Shown here: positions 60,511 through 64,000 of the stretch, piece after piece
Position numbering within the stretch: position 1 is the first letter of the stretch
Layout: each line of letters starts with the position of its first letter
DNA from: a virus
Taxonomy: Duplodnaviria; Caudoviricetes
Virus record (IMG/VR): IMGVR_UViG_3300021603_000005
Location: 79,429-143,428 of that record
Reading direction: 5' to 3' (one strand)
DNA length: 64,000 bases
Made by a program: the position numbers and the translations under genes
Notes under the pieces: generated by a model
Database searches by the model: none
What the model saw: only the letters and a program-made list of their open reading frames with translations
Told to the model about the DNA's origin: nothing

Positions 60511-61156
60511 GCCTAGTGTTGATATTTGGGCTGTAACCCCAAATGCCGAGCAGCTTATAGAACGTGCTGGACGAATATGTTACAAGTCTGAGGACAAAAT
60601 AGGAGAAGGATCTGCCGCTAAGTTTATCAAAATGCTACTGACTATGACCCCTCCGCACGAGTCTGTTATAGAACACGCTAGTGCCACACTACATATAATC
60701 TGTGATCGCGGAATCTCGCATGAAGCAGTAAGACATAGGCTAGCTAGTTTTAGTCAGGAGTCAACGCGCTATTGTTCCTATGCCAAAGAAAAATTTGGAA
60801 GCGAAATATCGGTAATTGAGCCGCCGGGGTTACGCCGTTGCAGCCGCCACGACATATCGTTAGATTCAGTAGATCCTGTTTTGTGCTGTCCTTGGTACGC
60901 ATGGTATTTTATAACAAAACAATCTGAGAGAGCGTATATGATGATGGTTGAAAGCGGGATCTCTCCGCAAATAGCACGATCAATATTGCCCACATGCCTA
61001 AAAACGGAGTTCGCAATAACAGCCAACTTCAGAGAATGGCGACACGTTATAAAGATGAGAACATCACCAAAGGCTCATCCGCAAATGATAGAAATTGCAA
61101 CAATGATTCGTGACAGGTTGGTTGAAGTTGCGCCTAGTGTATTCGGAGATCTATGA
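60497..61156 (+). CDS. thyX: Flavin-dependent thymidylate synthase
   Basis: HESVIEH, SHEAVRHRLASFSQESTRY, ARSILP, NFREWRH. Confidence 0.96.
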   Translation: MKIVKPSVDIWAVTPNAEQLIERAGRICYKSEDKIGEGSAAKFIKMLLTMTPPHESVIEHASATLHIICDRGISHEAVRHRLASFSQESTRYCSYAKEKFGSEISVIEPPGLRRCSRHDISLDSVDPVLCCPWYAWYFITKQSERAYMMMVESGISPQIARSILPTCLKTEFAITANFREWRHVIKMRTSPKAHPQMIEIATMIRDRLVEVAPSVFGDL

Positions 61157-61629
61157 TGATAGAAATTTTAGTGGGTGTTCCTGGTTGTGGCAAAAGCACA
61201 TACGCAAAATCTAGGGCAGAAACTGGATGGATAGTTGTAGATTTAGACGCCATAGTAACTATGTTGCATGGTGGAGATTACACGCTATATAAAGAAAATC
61301 TTAATGGACTATATAAGGCAACACAGAACAATATTATCCAATCAGCGCTACTGGCCAATTTAGATATAGTTGTAGATAGATGCAACAATCTCGTAAGCAC
61401 CAGAAGGCAAATCATCGATCTAGCGAAACAGTTCAACGTTCCAGTCAACATTATTTATTGGCCCTATTCCGACAACGATTTCGAGTTACTTTTATCAAGG
61501 CGTATGAGAAATAACCGTGGACATGATAGACAAAGGTGGTCAGACGTTATCCTTAGAATCGGCAATGCCATGGAACCACCAACGAATAAAGAGGTAGAAA
61601 GTGTACATGGCAGAGTGTATGTCGTGTAG
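61153..61629 (+). CDS. AAA_33 / polynucleotide-kinase-like P-loop kinase
   Basis: ILVGVPGCGKST…DLD…VVDRCN…R. Confidence 0.85.
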   Translation: MMIEILVGVPGCGKSTYAKSRAETGWIVVDLDAIVTMLHGGDYTLYKENLNGLYKATQNNIIQSALLANLDIVVDRCNNLVSTRRQIIDLAKQFNVPVNIIYWPYSDNDFELLLSRRMRNNRGHDRQRWSDVILRIGNAMEPPTNKEVESVHGRVYVV

Positions 61630-61704
61630 CTACAAAATTCAAGCCGTGTAAGTTGGTATATATTGATGTGTCTGTGTAGCAGTCAAACAAAGAGGAGTCC
61701 TATA

Positions 61705-62652
61705 GTGTTGAAAAATCTTGTGTCAAAACTAGCCTTCGGTTTTCTTTTTATCCTGGTCGTAGTTGGCGCGTCGCCATTTCTAGGACTAGCAATCCTCGAA
61801 TTCGCGAATAATCTTGGGTCACCACCGTCATTGATACAGCCAGTAACAAAGGCATCTCCTGATGTGATCAACGATATCGCCGAATTATCGGTAACAATAG
61901 ATACTGGTTCGGCGCAGGGTTCGGGGGTTATAGTTAATCGTGGTAAGTATAGTTTTGTCTTGACGGCAGGACATGTTATTAGCGACTCCAAGACGGTTAG
62001 GAAAACAATTAATGACTGTGATGTAATTGAGTTCGATGATGTTAATGTGTTGCGAGACATCTCATCGTATGGTCGAAAGATCGGTCAGACATCGGTTGCT
62101 GCTAAGGTCATATGTTATTCGGACCCGAACTATGGCGAAGACCTAGCCGTATTGCTCGTTCGACAGGAGGGTTTCTCGTATAAGGCGATTGAGTTCTACG
62201 ACACAGATAGTGTTCCACAATACGGCGCTAAGCTCTATCATGTCGGATCGTTTAGGGGGAAGAATGGGTCCAACAGTTTGTCAGACGGTCTCGTTAGTTA
62301 CATTGGAAGGGTTTATGAAGGCAGTGTTTACGACCAGACTTCGTGTACCGCATTTCCAGGCTCTAGTGGCGGCGGTATGTTTTTGCGAGATACTGGAGAA
62401 TATGTTGGTATGATCGTGCTTGGTAGTGGAGAGACCTACAACCTTATCGTTCCAGTTCGCCGAATTAAGAAATGGGTAGACAATATTGGTATGAGTTTCC
62501 TGCTAGATCCAACGCTACCAGTCCCAGACGAGGATACATTGTCTCTGGTTCCAATTGAATATCCGACAATCGAAAACAAAGTAGATTCGGAGATAGACGT
62601 ATTTGATACTAGCGAAAACGAAAGCTTTGAGAGATTGCCATATATCGAGTGA
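61705..62652 (+). CDS. Membrane-anchored trypsin-like serine protease
   Basis: N-terminal TM; GSGV…LTAGHV, EDLA and PGSSGGG triad; AGGAG RBS precedes GTG 61705. Confidence 0.88.
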   Translation: MLKNLVSKLAFGFLFILVVVGASPFLGLAILEFANNLGSPPSLIQPVTKASPDVINDIAELSVTIDTGSAQGSGVIVNRGKYSFVLTAGHVISDSKTVRKTINDCDVIEFDDVNVLRDISSYGRKIGQTSVAAKVICYSDPNYGEDLAVLLVRQEGFSYKAIEFYDTDSVPQYGAKLYHVGSFRGKNGSNSLSDGLVSYIGRVYEGSVYDQTSCTAFPGSSGGGMFLRDTGEYVGMIVLGSGETYNLIVPVRRIKKWVDNIGMSFLLDPTLPVPDEDTLSLVPIEYPTIENKVDSEIDVFDTSENESFERLPYIE

Positions 62653-62655
62653 TCA

Positions 62656-62826
62656 ATGAGATACGAGACAGAAAGAAACCGTAAAGAGTACACAAAGTGT
62701 GATATTTGTGGTAGGCAAATGAAACCGTGGGAAACCACAAGAGTAGATGGCAAACCGGTGTGTAGGAAATGCTTCGAGGAAAATAACGAAGAGGACGACG
62801 GATATGAACAAGACCGAGTTCGTTAA
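62656..62826 (+). CDS. Small zinc-finger protein (56 aa)
   Basis: CDICG…VCRKC, translated by hand. Confidence 0.55.
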   Translation: MRYETERNRKEYTKCDICGRQMKPWETTRVDGKPVCRKCFEENNEEDDGYEQDRVR

Positions 62827-63484
62827 AATAACAGACTACACGCTACTATCGCCAACTGCAACATATCACGAGATTCGCCAGTTATGTGACGAGGCGAACA
62901 GACTAGGTTTCGGAGCGATATGTGTGCATCCAACACACGTATTGAAATGCAGTGGTTTTCTTGCTAAATCGCCAGTGCGTATCTGCTGTGTCGTCGGATT
63001 TCCGATGGGAGCGAATCATCAGTCTACTAAGATTCGAGAGGCCGTACAGGCGATCAATGATGGCGCTACAGAGATCGATATGGTCATTAATCTCGGCAAG
63101 CTGATTAGTGGGGATACATTATCAGTAGCGAAAGAGATCGAACTTATATCGAACGAAGTACATGACGCCGCCAAAACTAATGTGCTTAAGATAATCATAG
63201 AATCAGCCGCCCTCACAAGAGATCAAATTATTAATGCGTGTAAGTGTGCGACTTATGGCGGCGCAGACTTTGTTAAGACATCAACCGGATTTCATCCCGC
63301 TGGCGGTGCATCCATAAACGATGTCCTGTTAATTAAGTCTCAGTGTGAAAGCCTTGGTGTCAAAGCTTCTGGTGGAATAAAGACATTGGCTAACGTAGAG
63401 GCCATGGTGGCTGCTGGTGCATCCAGACTGGGCATTGGTCGTAACGGTAGTCTGGATATACTAAAGGAATTCGACAAGCAATGA
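62804..63484 (+). CDS. deoC: Deoxyribose-phosphate aldolase
   Basis: VGFPMG, GATEIDMVIN, LKIIIES, ADFVKTSTGF, VKASGGI; likely start MNKTEF at 62804. Confidence 0.95.
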   Translation: MNKTEFVKITDYTLLSPTATYHEIRQLCDEANRLGFGAICVHPTHVLKCSGFLAKSPVRICCVVGFPMGANHQSTKIREAVQAINDGATEIDMVINLGKLISGDTLSVAKEIELISNEVHDAAKTNVLKIIIESAALTRDQIINACKCATYGGADFVKTSTGFHPAGGASINDVLLIKSQCESLGVKASGGIKTLANVEAMVAAGASRLGIGRNGSLDILKEFDKQ

Positions 63485-63696
63485 CATACCCAACGATAGA
63501 CGAGGTTTACGCTGCTGATCAGCAACAACTGGGTAAATGGTATAGATTTCTTCCATCGCCAGGACACTCTGCGATTGGAACCAAAGATTTTGGAAACCAA
63601 CTACGATCAGAAGTACGTATTATGGATGTGATCTGTGGTAGATTTAGGGCGATGGGCGGTATGACCCCAGCATTAAGTAAGGCAATCGGATGGTAA
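63481..63696 (+). CDS. Hypothetical protein
   Basis: ATGA-coupled to deoC. Confidence 0.55.
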   Translation: MTYPTIDEVYAADQQQLGKWYRFLPSPGHSAIGTKDFGNQLRSEVRIMDVICGRFRAMGGMTPALSKAIGW

Positions 63697-64000
63697 CAAA
63701 GAAGGCGTTCGTAGCATGTACCAACCCGTTAACCGGGCAGTGGTTACCTATAGGCATGTTATCGCATGACGGAAATGTGTTTCGTTTTTGCTACACCAAC
63801 GGGATAAAGTTCTGCCATGGTTTCGTGCTCCCAGGGTTCAATGACCCGCTAGAGACATATGAGTCGGACAAACTATTCCCTACCTTTACTAACAGGATTC
63901 TTTCTCCGTCAAGACCTGAGTTCGGCGACATGATGAGGTGGTGCGACCTACCACTAGACGCCGACCCGATAACGATACTCACTCGCACCGGAGGGAGAAG
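63690..64000 (+). CDS. HipS/HipA-N-terminal-like protein (often HIRAN-fused), runs off the window
   Basis: Hand translation: WLPIGML…FRFCY…YESDKLFPTFTNRILSPSRPEF…ILTRTGGR. Confidence 0.65.
   Translation, partial: MVTKKAFVACTNPLTGQWLPIGMLSHDGNVFRFCYTNGIKFCHGFVLPGFNDPLETYESDKLFPTFTNRILSPSRPEFGDMMRWCDLPLDADPITILTRTGGR

Noticed and set aside
1-64000. Genome-wide stop-codon reassignment, prompted by the TGA at 24-26
   Set aside because: TGA, TAG and TAA all end well-defined genes, many in ATGA overlaps, and coding density is high in the standard code.
1-64000. tRNA genes, CRISPR arrays, integrase or tail sheath
   Set aside because: None recognised by eye. Intergenic gaps are short and explained by promoters, terminators or small ORFs. 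A tRNAscan/Infernal run would be needed for certainty.

Overview
This window is part of a large, probably uncultured tailed-phage genome read in the standard code. It looks siphovirus-like: a tape measure and tail tube are present and no sheath gene is recognisable. There are three transcriptional blocks. (1) 1-8.8 kb, + strand: a cluster of glycosyltransferases and a methyltransferase, then a Rad52/Sak-like annealing protein and a Whirly-like ssDNA-binding protein. (2) 8.8-54.2 kb, - strand: a ~45 kb late morphogenesis region. In order it holds a truncated sigma factor, a putative small terminase, a glycosyltransferase, gmd, an ERCC4 nuclease, an intein-containing large terminase, portal, protease/scaffold, decoration protein, major capsid, a 2556-aa LamG/propeller protein, neck, tube, chaperones, tape measure, a 1375-aa LamG-repeat protein, tail tip and a holin-like gene. 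A conserved GTGTATAA motif and intrinsic terminators punctuate this block. (3) 54.3-64 kb, + strand: a DNA methyltransferase, Rnl5-type RNA ligase, MazG, deaminase, IMPDH/GMPR, ThyX, kinase, protease, DeoC and a HipS-like gene. The leading candidate for an undescribed system is phage-encoded virion O-glycosylation: predicted surface proteins are strongly and directionally enriched in Ser-Gly dipeptides, while gmd and a glycosyltransferase sit inside the packaging operon. Also notable are a 9-nt stop-containing insert in a glycosyltransferase catalytic motif just after an intein end (possible ribosomal hop), and a -10-only late promoter paired with a sigma factor that lacks region 4. All family calls come from motif recognition by eye and all counts are hand counts.
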